Notes under the pieces: generated by a model
What the model was told of the DNA's origin: nothing
The model's input: the letters and a program-made list of their open reading frames with translations, nothing else
Database searches by the model: none
Position numbers and translations under genes: made by a program
DNA from: a virus
IMG/VR virus record: IMGVR_UViG_3300005613_000004
Strand: one strand, 5' to 3'
DNA length: 64,000 nt
Shown: piece after piece, positions 39,865 through 51,605 of the stretch
Layout of the letters: each line of letters begins with the position of its first letter
Position numbering within the stretch: the first letter of the stretch is position 1

Positions 39865-41232
39865 ATGGCAAATAGATTACAACTCAAAAGGGGCACTACA
39901 ACACCTGGAACTATTTTTTATGAGGGTGAACCGATTTATGATAAAACTGGTAAAGTTTTGTATGTTGGGGATAATGGTGGAACTGGTACTGGTGCAGGAA
40001 GTGCCGTAGCCAGTGCGGCAAATCATGATGCAGTTACAGAGATTCTTTTTGCTGCATCTTCATCTGGTCCTGGTAATATTAGATTGTATGAGAATACTGA
40101 TAATGGAACAAATTATGTTTCAGTTGCAGCATCTACATTAATTGCTTCAAACTATACACTCACTTTACCAAATGGAACTGGAAGTGATGGACAAGTTTTA
40201 AAGACTGATGGATCTGGAGTTCTTGATTGGGTAGATCAAACATCAGGATTTTCTGGATTTACTATTAGTGATAGTACTAATACTTCCTCTATCACTGATG
40301 GTAATACTATTACTTTTTCTGGTGGTACTGGTATTACTGCGGCAGTAACACAAGATGGTGATGCTATTGCATATACTCTTGATACAGAACTACAAGCACT
40401 TTCTGCAGTAACATCTGCAGCAAATAAAGTTCCATACTTTACTGGAAGTGGAACTGCTGCAGTCGCTGATTTAAGTTCTTTTGGTAGAACATTAATTGAT
40501 GATGCTGATGCTGCAGCTGCTAGAGGAACTTTAGGTGTTGATGCATCAGGAACAGATAATTCTACTGATGTAACTCTTGCCGGATCTTTAGATTACATTA
40601 CTATTTCTGGTCAAGAAATAACCAGAAATGCCATTGATCTTGCTACTGATGTAACTGGTAGTCTTCCTAATAGTAATCTTGCCAACAGCAGCATTACTGT
40701 TTCTGATGGATCTAATAGTACCGCAAGAGCACTTGGAGAGACACTTACTATTCAAGGAACCGCAAATGAAGTAACAGTTACCGAGTCAAGTGGAACTGTA
40801 ACTGTTGCTCTTCCTGATGATGTTACAATCGGTGGAACTTTAACAGTTACTCAAGACTTAAATGTTCTTGGAACTGCCGTTACATTTAGTGTAGAAACTA
40901 CAAGAGTAGAAGATAGAGTATTAGAATTAGGTCTTGTTGATGGTGCTGCTCCAAGTTCTGCTACTACTTGGGATTCTGGTATCGCTTTCAATTATTATAC
41001 TGATACTGCTAAGAAGTCTGCTATTGTTTGGTTAAACAATCAGTTCGTTGGTATTGCTTCTGCTATTTCTGAATCTGCAGATGCTGGAACTGCAGATCCA
41101 CAAATTAGCATTACTTCTTACGCACCTATTGCTGCTGATAGTCTTTATCTTGGTGGTATTGATTCTGGAAATGAGATAATAAATAACACTGGAGCAGCAG
41201 TTAATTTGATTTTTGATGGGGGAAGTTACTAA
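39865..41232 (+). CDS. tail fibre / baseplate-associated protein
   Basis: [40 protein letters not shown]; late-promoter-like ATAAATA at ~39827. Confidence 0.75.
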   Translation: MANRLQLKRGTTTPGTIFYEGEPIYDKTGKVLYVGDNGGTGTGAGSAVASAANHDAVTEILFAASSSGPGNIRLYENTDNGTNYVSVAASTLIASNYTLTLPNGTGSDGQVLKTDGSGVLDWVDQTSGFSGFTISDSTNTSSITDGNTITFSGGTGITAAVTQDGDAIAYTLDTELQALSAVTSAANKVPYFTGSGTAAVADLSSFGRTLIDDADAAAARGTLGVDASGTDNSTDVTLAGSLDYITISGQEITRNAIDLATDVTGSLPNSNLANSSITVSDGSNSTARALGETLTIQGTANEVTVTESSGTVTVALPDDVTIGGTLTVTQDLNVLGTAVTFSVETTRVEDRVLELGLVDGAAPSSATTWDSGIAFNYYTDTAKKSAIVWLNNQFVGIASAISESADAGTADPQISITSYAPIAADSLYLGGIDSGNEIINNTGAAVNLIFDGGSY

Positions 41233-41234
41233 TT

Positions 41235-41468
41235 ATGTCTGGTGAAATTAATCTTGAGTATAGTGATGTTTTAAAAGCATATCAATTAAAATCGGGAGAA
41301 CTTTTAACTCAACTTATCACTGCAGAGGCAAAACTAAATGCCTCTGCAAATCTTATTGTATCTTTAAAAGAAAGAGTTGAGCAATTAGAATTAGAGAACA
41401 ATAAACTTAAAAAATCCACAACAAAATCTAAAAAAATTACCACTGATAATGTAACTGATTATAATTAA
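41235..41468 (+). CDS. small coiled-coil protein
   Basis: ORF track. Confidence 0.6.
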   Translation: MSGEINLEYSDVLKAYQLKSGELLTQLITAEAKLNASANLIVSLKERVEQLELENNKLKKSTTKSKKITTDNVTDYN

Positions 41469-41477
41469 AGATTTATT

Positions 41478-41879
41478 ATGGCAAATGTATTCAAACCTAA
41501 AAGATCTAATACAGCATCTTCTATACCTACCACATCAGATCTTATTGATGGTGAGTTGGCTGTAAATAGTGCCGATCAAAAAATATATCTTCGTGATGGT
41601 TCAAATATTATAGAAGTTGGTAACGTTTCTTCTGGTGGTGGTGGTGGAATTTCTGATGTCGTGGAAGATACAACACCACAACTTGGTGGAGATTTGGATC
41701 TTAATAGTAGTGACATTACTGGAACTGGTAATGTAAATATTACTGGCACAATCACAACTTCGGGAGATATTCAAACTGATGGTGCTTTTAGAGCAGAGTC
41801 TTCAAACTCTACTGAAAGATTTGAAATTGAATATAACGAAACAACGGATTCCTTAGACTTTTCATATTTTTCTTCTTAA
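41478..41879 (+). CDS. short fibre-associated protein
   Basis: FKPKRS...DGELAVN..D.KIY; DTTPQLGGDLD. Confidence 0.7.
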   Translation: MANVFKPKRSNTASSIPTTSDLIDGELAVNSADQKIYLRDGSNIIEVGNVSSGGGGGISDVVEDTTPQLGGDLDLNSSDITGTGNVNITGTITTSGDIQTDGAFRAESSNSTERFEIEYNETTDSLDFSYFSS

Positions 41880-41881
41880 TT

Positions 41882-44137
41882 ATGACAAATGTTGCAAGAT
41901 TATCAAGTATAGGTACTTGCTTTGCTTTTGAGTTTGATGACAATACGAATTCTTCTTTTAGTGTATCTATAGGATCAACAGTATTTTCAAATGAATTTGA
42001 TGAAAATACTTCTACAACTTTGAGTGGAAATCAAAGAATGAGTGCTACCTCTACTGGTGGCCTTATTGTTTTAGATTCTATTAATGAAATTGATCCTTAT
42101 GGTGAGATTTCTACAAATGATCTTGAACTTCATTTGGATAGTGTTGATTCTGGTATTAGTACTGGAAGTAGTGCTGTTGCCACTCCACTTTCCACTTTAT
42201 CACTAAGCCTTAGTGGATCTGTTACCAGTACTACTACTGCTTCTGTAAGTGCAAACCTTGATGGTTCATCTTATACATCTGATGATTTAGTTGTTATTCT
42301 TTATCAAGGAGAAGGTGCAGCCTCAGAAAGTAACCCTTCAACTTTTAGCTGTAGTGTAGCTGGAACAGCAGCATCTGAAGCAATATCAAATAGTGGAAGT
42401 AATGATGGTGAAGGAGTATCTGGTATATTTTATGTCGAGGGTTCTGTGGTGGCAGGAAATTCTAGTGCAACTATATCTGTTACCAATTCTTCCTCATCAT
42501 TTAGATCATCCATTATTGTATACAGACTGATAAATGGTTCTGGTGCGACTGTGGCAAGTACTGATTCAAGTAGCACCACATCATCAACTGCTGATTTGAC
42601 AAATACTGTAGATTTTAGTTCTGGAATCTTGTTTTCTTCTGGTTATTTTGCAGACGGTACAAATCATTCATTTACTGGAGGAATTTCTAGTCAAAATGAT
42701 GGTATTCAAAATAGTGCTGGATCTGGAGATGGTGCAGTTAATGATACACCAACAACATCGTCACATACTGTTACTTATGGTCGGGGAGATACGGGTAACA
42801 CACAACAAGATGTACTCGTAACAGCAGTCTTTACTCCTGCTCCTGAATTGTCAATTACTAATCTTGCAAATATTAGTAATGCTTCAGGTTCTAATGTTAG
42901 TTCTACAACTATAGATGCTAGTAGTGTAAATTCTGATGATTTATTTGTAGTCACTTATCAGGGAGAAGGGTCTGAAACTCCTGGAGATACGTTTACTTGT
43001 ACTATAAATGGAACAACAGCAACTGTAGCAACATCAAACTCAAATACATCAGGACGTGGAAGAGCTGGCATATTTTATGTTGATGGATCTGTGGTTGCAG
43101 GAGATTCTACTACAAGTGTATCTATTACTGAATCTGCCAGTGGAATACGGAGTTCAATTCAGGCATTTAGATTGCAAAATAGATCATCTGATGCGTCTAT
43201 AATTGTATCGGATACTGATATAAGTGAAACTAGTAATCAGTCCAGTCAAACAAATACTGTAGATTTTAGTAATGGTGTGTTATTTTCTACTGGATATTTC
43301 CCAAATCAGCAGGGACATTCGTTTACTGCTGGAATTGAAACTGAATATAATGGTGTTCAGGCAAGCGGGGGATCTGGTGATGCAGGCACAAATGAAACAC
43401 CAACAACATCATCTCATAACGTTACTTATACAAAAAGTGGAGCAACAAATGATGAGGGTGAGGCACTTGCGACGGCAGTATTTTCTTTTGGTACGGATGT
43501 TCATTTTTGGGAAGATATAAGTGGAAACAATCGAGATGCATCATTTAATGGAACTACTGATCCAAACGATCCTGCGGAAGGAGACTTCATAGATTTTGAT
43601 AGTTCTAATAATGAGTATGCTGTAATTGACGGAGATGCAGTTGGTTCTTCATCTTATAATGGAGTTACTGGAACTTCTGCTAGAACAATCATATTTGGAA
43701 TTAAACCTGATGCTCTTGCAACAGATTCAAGACCATTTTCATATGGTGCCAATGCTTCTGAACAAAGATTTACCTCTAGAATAATGACTACTAATAAACT
43801 TAGAGTGGAATTTGGGAATGGATATACTGAGACAACAGATGCTATTGTGACTACAGATTGGCATGTTTTTGCAATCGTTGTTCCCGCTGGGGGATCTCCT
43901 ACTATTAATGATGTAAGAATTTGGAATAATGGTATAGAACAAGATCTAACAACTTCTTCGGGAGGAAGTACATTCAATACAGCATCTACAAATAATGTCT
44001 CAATTGGTGCAGCACAACATGAATCTTCTCCTTCTTATTTCAATGGGCAGTTTGCAAAAGTGATGATATATAGTCGTGAGTTAGATGATTCTGAAATTAA
44101 ATTGATTTATCAATCTTTTCTTAGGAGACTTATATAG
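41882..44137 (+). CDS. LamG/ConA-like fibre protein with internal tandem duplicated domain
   Basis: LHLDS...WEDISGN...FNGQFAKVMIYSRELDDSEI; two ~215-aa repeats. Confidence 0.75.
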   Translation: MTNVARLSSIGTCFAFEFDDNTNSSFSVSIGSTVFSNEFDENTSTTLSGNQRMSATSTGGLIVLDSINEIDPYGEISTNDLELHLDSVDSGISTGSSAVATPLSTLSLSLSGSVTSTTTASVSANLDGSSYTSDDLVVILYQGEGAASESNPSTFSCSVAGTAASEAISNSGSNDGEGVSGIFYVEGSVVAGNSSATISVTNSSSSFRSSIIVYRLINGSGATVASTDSSSTTSSTADLTNTVDFSSGILFSSGYFADGTNHSFTGGISSQNDGIQNSAGSGDGAVNDTPTTSSHTVTYGRGDTGNTQQDVLVTAVFTPAPELSITNLANISNASGSNVSSTTIDASSVNSDDLFVVTYQGEGSETPGDTFTCTINGTTATVATSNSNTSGRGRAGIFYVDGSVVAGDSTTSVSITESASGIRSSIQAFRLQNRSSDASIIVSDTDISETSNQSSQTNTVDFSNGVLFSTGYFPNQQGHSFTAGIETEYNGVQASGGSGDAGTNETPTTSSHNVTYTKSGATNDEGEALATAVFSFGTDVHFWEDISGNNRDASFNGTTDPNDPAEGDFIDFDSSNNEYAVIDGDAVGSSSYNGVTGTSARTIIFGIKPDALATDSRPFSYGANASEQRFTSRIMTTNKLRVEFGNGYTETTDAIVTTDWHVFAIVVPAGGSPTINDVRIWNNGIEQDLTTSSGGSTFNTASTNNVSIGAAQHESSPSYFNGQFAKVMIYSRELDDSEIKLIYQSFLRRLI

Positions 44138-44149
44138 TGAGAGATAAAT

Positions 44150-44740
44150 ATGGCTGAATTAAAATCTACTACAGCATTTGGAAGTTTAAGAGTTGATGGA
44201 ACTTTATTGGATAGTTCTGGAGATGCAGGAACTTCTGGTCAGGTATTAAGTTCTACTGCAACTGGTACTAATTGGATTGCTGCTTCTGGAGGTGCTGATA
44301 ATAGTATCTCAGAGTATGCTCAGTATATTGGTACTGGTGCTGATGAGGATGTCCATGTCGTTGAAGGTGAAATTTCTTGGATGAGTACTACTCCTGCATT
44401 TTCTAATGGAACATGGTCAAATAATGGAACTAGAATAACTGTTCCTACTACTGGAGTATATCTAGTTACAACAAACTGGTATCTATCTGGCACTGGTAGA
44501 AGACCCACTATAAGAATACGATTAGCTGTTAATGGGACTGGTATTAATGAATTCTGTAGACATACTTATATAAGAGCTGCAGAAAGTCATGATAATTCAT
44601 CAGCAAATATGCAAACTTTATTATCATTAACTGCCAATGACACTATTTCTGTCCTGAGTTTTGGAGATGCTGGTGATAGTACTCCAGTAGTAAATTTAGT
44701 AAAAACTGAAAGTTCAATTTCTGTAGTTAGATTAGCATAA
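44150..44740 (+). CDS. fibre-tip protein with C1q/TNF-like head, paralogue 1
   Basis: DSSGDAGTSGQVLSST..GTNW; ITVPTTGVYLV; LSLTANDTI. Confidence 0.7.
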   Translation: MAELKSTTAFGSLRVDGTLLDSSGDAGTSGQVLSSTATGTNWIAASGGADNSISEYAQYIGTGADEDVHVVEGEISWMSTTPAFSNGTWSNNGTRITVPTTGVYLVTTNWYLSGTGRRPTIRIRLAVNGTGINEFCRHTYIRAAESHDNSSANMQTLLSLTANDTISVLSFGDAGDSTPVVNLVKTESSISVVRLA

Positions 44741-45492
44741 TATTATGGCAAAATTTAAGGACGGCAGTAGAGTAACAGGAAACTTAAGAGTTGATGGGAC
44801 AATTATAGACACCAGTGGAGATGTTGGAACTTCAGGACAGGTATTAAGTTCCACAGGGACAGGCACTAACTGGGTTTCTGCTGCTGGAGGTGGTACGGGA
44901 ACTGGAATATCAAATTATATTAAATGTGTAGGAACAGGTACGGTTAGCATTCTAAGTACTGATGCAACTGATACTTGGATAAGTCCATCTTGGATTAATA
45001 CTACACCTGTATTTTCTAATGGAACTTGGACAGTTAGTGCTACATCAATTACTGTTCCAAACACTGGTGTTTATCTAGTTAATGTTAATATTGAACTTAG
45101 TACTCCTGATGGAAATGGAAGATATGGCCCAGAAGTTGAAATCACCGTTAATGGAACAAAAGTTGGGTATAGAGCAAGTCATTCATTTATGAGAGGTTCT
45201 AACGGAAATCAAGAGTCTAGTTCCAATCAATCAACAATATTAAATTTATCGGCTAGTAATACTGTTGGTATTGAATGGAGACCGACTTGCACGGGTAGAG
45301 GCGATACTATAAATATGAACGAGACATCAAGTTTTATTGAAGTTATACAAATAGTGTAATATTATGGCACAATTAGATACAAGTAGAATTTATGGGAATC
45401 TTGAACTTGATGGAACTTTATTAGATAGTTCTGGAGATGCAGGAACTTCGGGGCAGGTATTAAGTTCCACAGGAACTGGTACTAACTGGATT
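44195..45492 (+). repeat. three ~84-nt dispersed direct repeats (44195-44278, 44793-44876, 45409-45492)
   Basis: gatggaactttattggatagttctggagatgcaggaacttc..caggtattaagttc..actggtactaa.tggatt nearly identical in copies 1 and 3. Confidence 0.85.
44745..45359 (+). CDS. fibre-tip protein with C1q/TNF-like head, paralogue 2
   Basis: Same N-terminal motif; ITVPNTGVYLV. Confidence 0.7.
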   Translation: MAKFKDGSRVTGNLRVDGTIIDTSGDVGTSGQVLSSTGTGTNWVSAAGGGTGTGISNYIKCVGTGTVSILSTDATDTWISPSWINTTPVFSNGTWTVSATSITVPNTGVYLVNVNIELSTPDGNGRYGPEVEITVNGTKVGYRASHSFMRGSNGNQESSSNQSTILNLSASNTVGIEWRPTCTGRGDTINMNETSSFIEVIQIV

Positions 45493-45972
45493 ACTACCAG
45501 TGGTGGTGTTCCGGGAATTGAAAACTATATAAAATGTGTACCTAGTGCAAACACTACTTTATCTACATCTGGAACTCAATCAACATTAAGTTGGATGAGC
45601 ACAACTCCTGTTACTGGATTAAATAGTGGTTTTGCTGCTCCAACGGCAACTACTATTACTGTTCCAAATACTGGAGTTTATTTGGTAGGAATTAATTTTG
45701 ATATAAACTTTGTTACTCCTGCTAATACAAGGGTTAATCAGGGATTTGAAATTGCAGTAGGTGGAACTGGTACTGGTCATGAATTTGGACATGGATATCT
45801 GCGAGGAAATCCTAATGCATCAGAACACAATGATAGTAGTGTCAATGGATCCTGTATTCTAAATCTTTCTGCAAGTGATACTATAACTATTCTCCAAAGA
45901 AGACTTACAAGCACTACTAATGCCCTTGCACTTACAACCAATTCATCCATTTTTGTCGTACAAATAGTTTAA
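45364..45972 (+). CDS. fibre-tip protein with C1q/TNF-like head, paralogue 3
   Basis: Same N-terminal motif; ITVPNTGVYLV; LNLSASDTI. Confidence 0.7.
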   Translation: MAQLDTSRIYGNLELDGTLLDSSGDAGTSGQVLSSTGTGTNWITTSGGVPGIENYIKCVPSANTTLSTSGTQSTLSWMSTTPVTGLNSGFAAPTATTITVPNTGVYLVGINFDINFVTPANTRVNQGFEIAVGGTGTGHEFGHGYLRGNPNASEHNDSSVNGSCILNLSASDTITILQRRLTSTTNALALTTNSSIFVVQIV

Positions 45973-45976
45973 AAAA

Positions 45977-46516
45977 ATGATGTATATTAAAGCATATTTA
46001 ACTCATGTAGATACTGGAATTGGTGCAACTGATTCAGCATCTTATTCAGATCAAAGATTTAAATACCAAGAACCAAATTTTGAATATGTAACAATTGTGC
46101 ATCGTTTTAATGTTGAAAGTGGCATTCCTTACTTTTTATGCACTGCACCAAGTAGTTATGATATAACCAATGAAGATTCTTTAACTGGTATAACATCAAT
46201 GACCCAATCTGAGTGGGACAATATTATTGATATATATGATTCTGAGCAAGAGGCCAAAAGATATTCCACTGTTAGAGAAATGCGGAATGATGCTCTTGAT
46301 ACCTCTGACATATATGTAATCAAGCAAGTTGAATGCAATGTTGCCATTACCACAGAATTTAGAGATTGGAGACAAGAACTTAGAGATCTTCCCAATGGAG
46401 ATAGTTTCCCAGTAACTTGGCCGACACCACCATCAAATGTGACTGGAATTATAACTGGTGGGGTGTATCAATCCGCATTAAAAACTATTCACATGATTAA
46501 CGATCCAATTTCATAA
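45977..46516 (+). CDS. tail fibre assembly chaperone-like protein
   Basis: VREMRNDALDTSD...WRQELRDLP...WPTPP. Confidence 0.75.
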   Translation: MMYIKAYLTHVDTGIGATDSASYSDQRFKYQEPNFEYVTIVHRFNVESGIPYFLCTAPSSYDITNEDSLTGITSMTQSEWDNIIDIYDSEQEAKRYSTVREMRNDALDTSDIYVIKQVECNVAITTEFRDWRQELRDLPNGDSFPVTWPTPPSNVTGIITGGVYQSALKTIHMINDPIS

Positions 46517-46527
46517 GGGCAGAGAGA

Positions 46528-46562
46528 TTGACAGGAAGTGCTGATAATGTTATGATAAATAC
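46528..46562 (+). promoter_or_regulatory. psbA promoter: sigma70 site overlapping a late-promoter-like site
   Basis: TTGACA(46528)-N17-TATGAT(46551), then ATAAATA. Confidence 0.75.
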
Positions 46563-46604
46563 ATCAACAGGTTAAGGAATGTAAACATTTCTAATCTTTT
46601 GCAA

Positions 46605-46712
46605 ACACCCCTTCAACCGAGACCTATAGGGTGTATAAATCACGTCTCTCATACCTCTGTCTGAGGGTGGCAGAGGAATAGTAAAACCACCATCTCCCTG
46701 ATGGTCTTACTT
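46605..46712 (+). ncRNA. PhotoRC-II-like structured psbA leader RNA
   Basis: Stems accc/gggt, gagac/gtctc, cctctgtc/ggcagagg, accatc/gatggt in the psbA 5'UTR, the known context of this motif. Confidence 0.75.
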
Positions 46713-46726
46713 TCTTTTAAATTAAA

Positions 46727-48068
<1,342 letters not shown>

Positions 48069-48088
48069 TAAAATAAAAACTGAATACA

Positions 48089-48116
48089 CAAAAGAGAGAC
48101 CTTCGGGTCTCTTTTT
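48089..48116 (+). terminator. rho-independent terminator (copy 1 of an identical pair)
   Basis: agagacc-ttcg-ggtctct-tttt. Confidence 0.9.
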
Positions 48117-48183
48117 ATGATAAATATTATCAGTTATTCGTAATGAATACATAATTAATTAACATTTTATAGGAGTTTGTACA

Positions 48184-48444
48184 ATGCCATCAGAAGAAAC
48201 AGATTTTAATCTCGATCGTTGCTTAGATTCGACAGGGCATAGTGAAGATTTAGTTCGTAGACTTGTTGCTGAGAATGTTCATAGTGAAAAAATTCACAAA
48301 ACAATTACATCTAATACTGAACATATGAAAATTATTCTTGCAAAGCAACAAGTAATTGATTCTGGTTCACCAAGAATTGCTGAATTTCAGGAAGCAGTGC
48401 AACTTGGAGAGGCATTTGTTCAGGTTGAAATTCCAGCAGAATGA
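48184..48444 (+). CDS. late hypothetical protein
   Basis: ATAAATA at ~48120; ORF track. Confidence 0.65.
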   Translation: MPSEETDFNLDRCLDSTGHSEDLVRRLVAENVHSEKIHKTITSNTEHMKIILAKQQVIDSGSPRIAEFQEAVQLGEAFVQVEIPAE

Positions 48445-48491
48445 TTTAACCTGCTGAATTTATTTTGTAATATTAGTTAAATAAAAATAAT

Positions 48492-48519
48492 CAAAAGAGA
48501 GACCTTCGGGTCTCTTTTT
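48492..48519 (+). terminator. rho-independent terminator (copy 2), followed by TATAAT
   Basis: Identical 28 nt to 48089-48116. Confidence 0.9.
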
Positions 48520-48529
48520 TTATGTTATA

Positions 48530-49179
48530 ATGACTTTAGTTCAAACAAACATTATGTCTTCTGGCATCACAAATCTATCTGTCCGTGTAGAGCATTCCGA
48601 TGGTCATGCTTACACCCTTACAAAAAACTTTCACGGTGTCACTCTTTATTATATACATGATACTGATTCCGAAAAGATTGACACAGAAGTATTCATCCCA
48701 CAGAGTTCTGTAACAGCTATTACACACGCCTTGAACCTCATCTCTCAAGACCCTGAATACTAAACCCTCTTTTTTTATGACAAGAATTCGAGACCCACTG
48801 AAGTATGGATACTATGGTGTTGATTATGTGCTCTGGGGTAAAGACAGAGTTGCCGTTCATTTTGACCTTGTATCCGCACAACAGGCAATGATGTCAATGA
48901 TTAAACGTGGAGTTGAAGTCAAAGGATTAAGATCTATTGGAATTGATGACTAAAAAGAAAAGTGCCTGGAGAATCTGGGCAAAAGCAATAGGAGCAAAGG
49001 ATGGAAAAAATGATCGAGAAGCAGATATTATTGCTGGCATACGCACCATTATATTGCTTGCTTACATGGTCACTAATGTGGCTATCGTGGCCAATGCAAT
49101 AAGGCACTGGAATAATGTTAACTACATAGAACAGATGAAATTAAACAATGAAAATTTTTCTGGATACTGCCGAAGTTGA
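48530..49179 (+). CDS. three small hypothetical proteins (48530-48763, 48777-48953, ~48946-49179)
   Basis: ORF track plus manual reading; the last has WRIWAKAIG. Confidence 0.55.
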
Positions 49180-49804
49180 TGAAATTTCAAAGGCACATGA
49201 AACTGGATTGATTAATGGTGTCACGACAAATCCAACTTTAATTAAAAGAAGTGGACGTGATCCTGTAGAAGTAATTAAAGAAATCTCTTCTTCTTTTGGT
49301 AGTTTGGAATCAATCTCAGCAGAAGTTGTTGCTGATACTGCAGAAGAAATGATTGATCAGGCACAAGCATTTAATGGTTTATGGAATGTAACAATTAAAG
49401 TTCCTTGTACTGTTGAAGGTCTCAAAGCATGTACTGCACTTGCAATGAATCAATATAAGGTTAATGTGACTCTTGTATTTTCTGTTGCACAAGCAATCCT
49501 TGCTGAAAAAGCAGGTGCAACTTATGTTTCACCATTTGTTGGTCGTTGGATGGATAATGGTGTTGATGGTATTGAACTGATTCAAAACATTCGACGGGCA
49601 TATACTGGTAATGGTCAGTTCACAACGACTCAAATTCTCAGTGCATCATTGCGTGATGTAAGACAGGTAGAGCAATGTGCCTTGGCAGGTACTGATGTTG
49701 TAACGATTCCTTCTAAAGTATTTTGGGGAATGTATAAGAATGTATTGACTGATAAAGGTCTTGAGCAGTTTAATATGGATTACTTAGAAACAATTTTATC
49801 ATAG
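49148..49804 (+). CDS. talC: transaldolase (TalC/FSA family)
   Basis: MKIFLDTA, GVTTNPTLI, IKVP, NVTLVFS, YVSPFVGR, ASLR. Confidence 0.96.
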   Translation: MKIFLDTAEVDEISKAHETGLINGVTTNPTLIKRSGRDPVEVIKEISSSFGSLESISAEVVADTAEEMIDQAQAFNGLWNVTIKVPCTVEGLKACTALAMNQYKVNVTLVFSVAQAILAEKAGATYVSPFVGRWMDNGVDGIELIQNIRRAYTGNGQFTTTQILSASLRDVRQVEQCALAGTDVVTIPSKVFWGMYKNVLTDKGLEQFNMDYLETILS

Positions 49805-49881
49805 AAAAAGAGTAGGCATAACTTCTCATTGACGTTTCATGTAAAGAAGTGTAAACTAAATAACATAAAACTAATGGAGGT

Positions 49882-50952
49882 ATGAGTCTTTTGGCTTCTT
49901 CTACACTTTCACCACCAATTTTGCAAAGGGGATGGTTCGATGTCTTGGATGACTGGCTTAAACGCGATCGTTTTGTCTTTGTGGGTTGGTCTGGATTATT
50001 ACTTTTTCCCACTGCTTATCTTGCAATTGGTGGCTGGCTTACTGGTACAAGTTTCGTTACGTCGTGGTACACCCACGGACTCGCAACTAGCTATCTTGAG
50101 GGTGCTAATTTTCTTACAGCGGCTGTGTCAACGCCTGCTGATGTTATGGGTCATTCTCTTCTTCTACTTTGGGGTCCTGAGGCTCAGGGAGATTTCGTCA
50201 GGTGGTGTCAACTTGGAGGGCTTTGGGCCTTTGTTGCTCTCCATGGTGCCTTCGCCCTTATTGGGTTTATGCTTCGGCAGTTTGAGATTAGTCGTTTAGT
50301 AGGAATTAGACCGTACAATGCGATTGCTTTTTCAGGTCCTATTGCCGTATTTGTTAGTGTATTTCTCATCTACCCACTTGGACAATCCAGTTGGTTCTTT
50401 GCGCCATCGTTTGGCGTTGCGGCGATCTTTAGATTCCTTCTTTTCTTACAAGGTTTCCACAACTGGACACTCAACCCCTTTCATATGATGGGTGTTGCTG
50501 GTATACTTGGAGGGGCACTTCTTAGTGCAATTCATGGTGTTACAGTAGAGAATACATTGTATCAAGATGGTGAACAAGCAAACACTTTCAAAGCTTTTGA
50601 TAGCACCCAAGAAGAAGAAACTTATTCAATGGTTACTGCCAATCGTTTTTGGTCGCAAATTTTCGGTATTGCGTTTAGTAATAAGCGTTGGCTTCACTTT
50701 TTTATGCTGTTTGTTCCTGTTATGGGTCTCTGGACATCTTCAATCGGGATCATCGGACTCGCACTCAACCTTCGTGCATATGATTTTGTGAGTCAAGAGA
50801 TTCGTGCTGCTGAAGACGCTTCATACGAAACTTTCTACACGAAAAATATCTTGTTGAACAATGGCCTTCGTGAATGGATGATGACTATTGACCAACCACA
50901 TGAAAACTTTCCTGTAATTGAGGAAATACTTCCAAGAGGAAATGCTCTTTGA
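49882..50952 (+). CDS. psbD: photosystem II D2
   Basis: [35 protein letters not shown]. Confidence 0.98.
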   Translation: MSLLASSTLSPPILQRGWFDVLDDWLKRDRFVFVGWSGLLLFPTAYLAIGGWLTGTSFVTSWYTHGLATSYLEGANFLTAAVSTPADVMGHSLLLLWGPEAQGDFVRWCQLGGLWAFVALHGAFALIGFMLRQFEISRLVGIRPYNAIAFSGPIAVFVSVFLIYPLGQSSWFFAPSFGVAAIFRFLLFLQGFHNWTLNPFHMMGVAGILGGALLSAIHGVTVENTLYQDGEQANTFKAFDSTQEEETYSMVTANRFWSQIFGIAFSNKRWLHFFMLFVPVMGLWTSSIGIIGLALNLRAYDFVSQEIRAAEDASYETFYTKNILLNNGLREWMMTIDQPHENFPVIEEILPRGNAL

Positions 50953-50958
50953 TACTCA

Positions 50959-50979
50959 AGACCCTTCGGGGTCTTTTTT
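50959..50979 (+). terminator. psbD terminator
   Basis: agaccc-ttcg-gggtct-ttttt. Confidence 0.85.
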
Positions 50980-51007
50980 ATTTACATAAGACCCAGAGTA
51001 TGATATT

Positions 51008-51015
51008 ATATAAAT
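51008..51015 (+). promoter_or_regulatory. T4-type late promoter for the endonuclease
   Basis: TATAAATA. Confidence 0.75.
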
Positions 51016-51041
51016 AATAATAGTTATTCGTAGTTCGTATC

Positions 51042-51605
51042 GTGGCATTAAATAATAAATCAAAACCTTGTGGTGCTTTAGTTGGTGAGAAGTTTGGAAA
51101 ACTTACTGTTTTAAAAGAAGAAGTTATTTTAAAGAGTGGAAAAAACAGAGTATATGCAACTTGTAAATGTGAATGTGGTGGAGAAAAAACTTGTGACAGA
51201 AGTGGATTAACGACTGGAAGAACTACAAGTTGTGGGTGTGTTAGAAGAGAAACCACAATTACCTTCAATAAAACTAAAAAGAAACCAGAAGGTGAATTAA
51301 AAAGTGATGACCGAAGATATAAAATGTATCACAATGCTCAACACAGAGCAAAGAAAAAGGGAATACCATTTACAATTTCTATGGAAGATATTGTAATACC
51401 AGAAACTTGTCCTCTGCTTGGCATACCATTAGTATCTACAAATGATAAGAGAGACCCAAGAAATCCAAGTTTAGATCAAAAAGTTCCTGGTGAAGGATAC
51501 ACTCCCGATAATATTTGGGTTATATCTTCAAGAGCAAATGCTTTAAAGTGGGATGCCACCCTACAAGAACTCAAAACACTGGTAGAAAATCTGGAAGCCC
51601 TCTAA
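51042..51605 (+). CDS. free-standing HNH-type (beta-beta-alpha-Me) homing endonuclease
   Basis: N-terminal GEKFGKLTV...CKCECG...TTSCGC domain; CPLLG...PSLDQKVP..GY...NIWVISSRAN. Confidence 0.82.
   Translation: MALNNKSKPCGALVGEKFGKLTVLKEEVILKSGKNRVYATCKCECGGEKTCDRSGLTTGRTTSCGCVRRETTITFNKTKKKPEGELKSDDRRYKMYHNAQHRAKKKGIPFTISMEDIVIPETCPLLGIPLVSTNDKRDPRNPSLDQKVPGEGYTPDNIWVISSRANALKWDATLQELKTLVENLEAL

Noticed and set aside
44150-45972. Diversity-generating retroelement or invertible shufflon
   Set aside because: No reverse transcriptase or invertase, no adenine-specific TR/VR pair, and the repeats are direct and N-terminal
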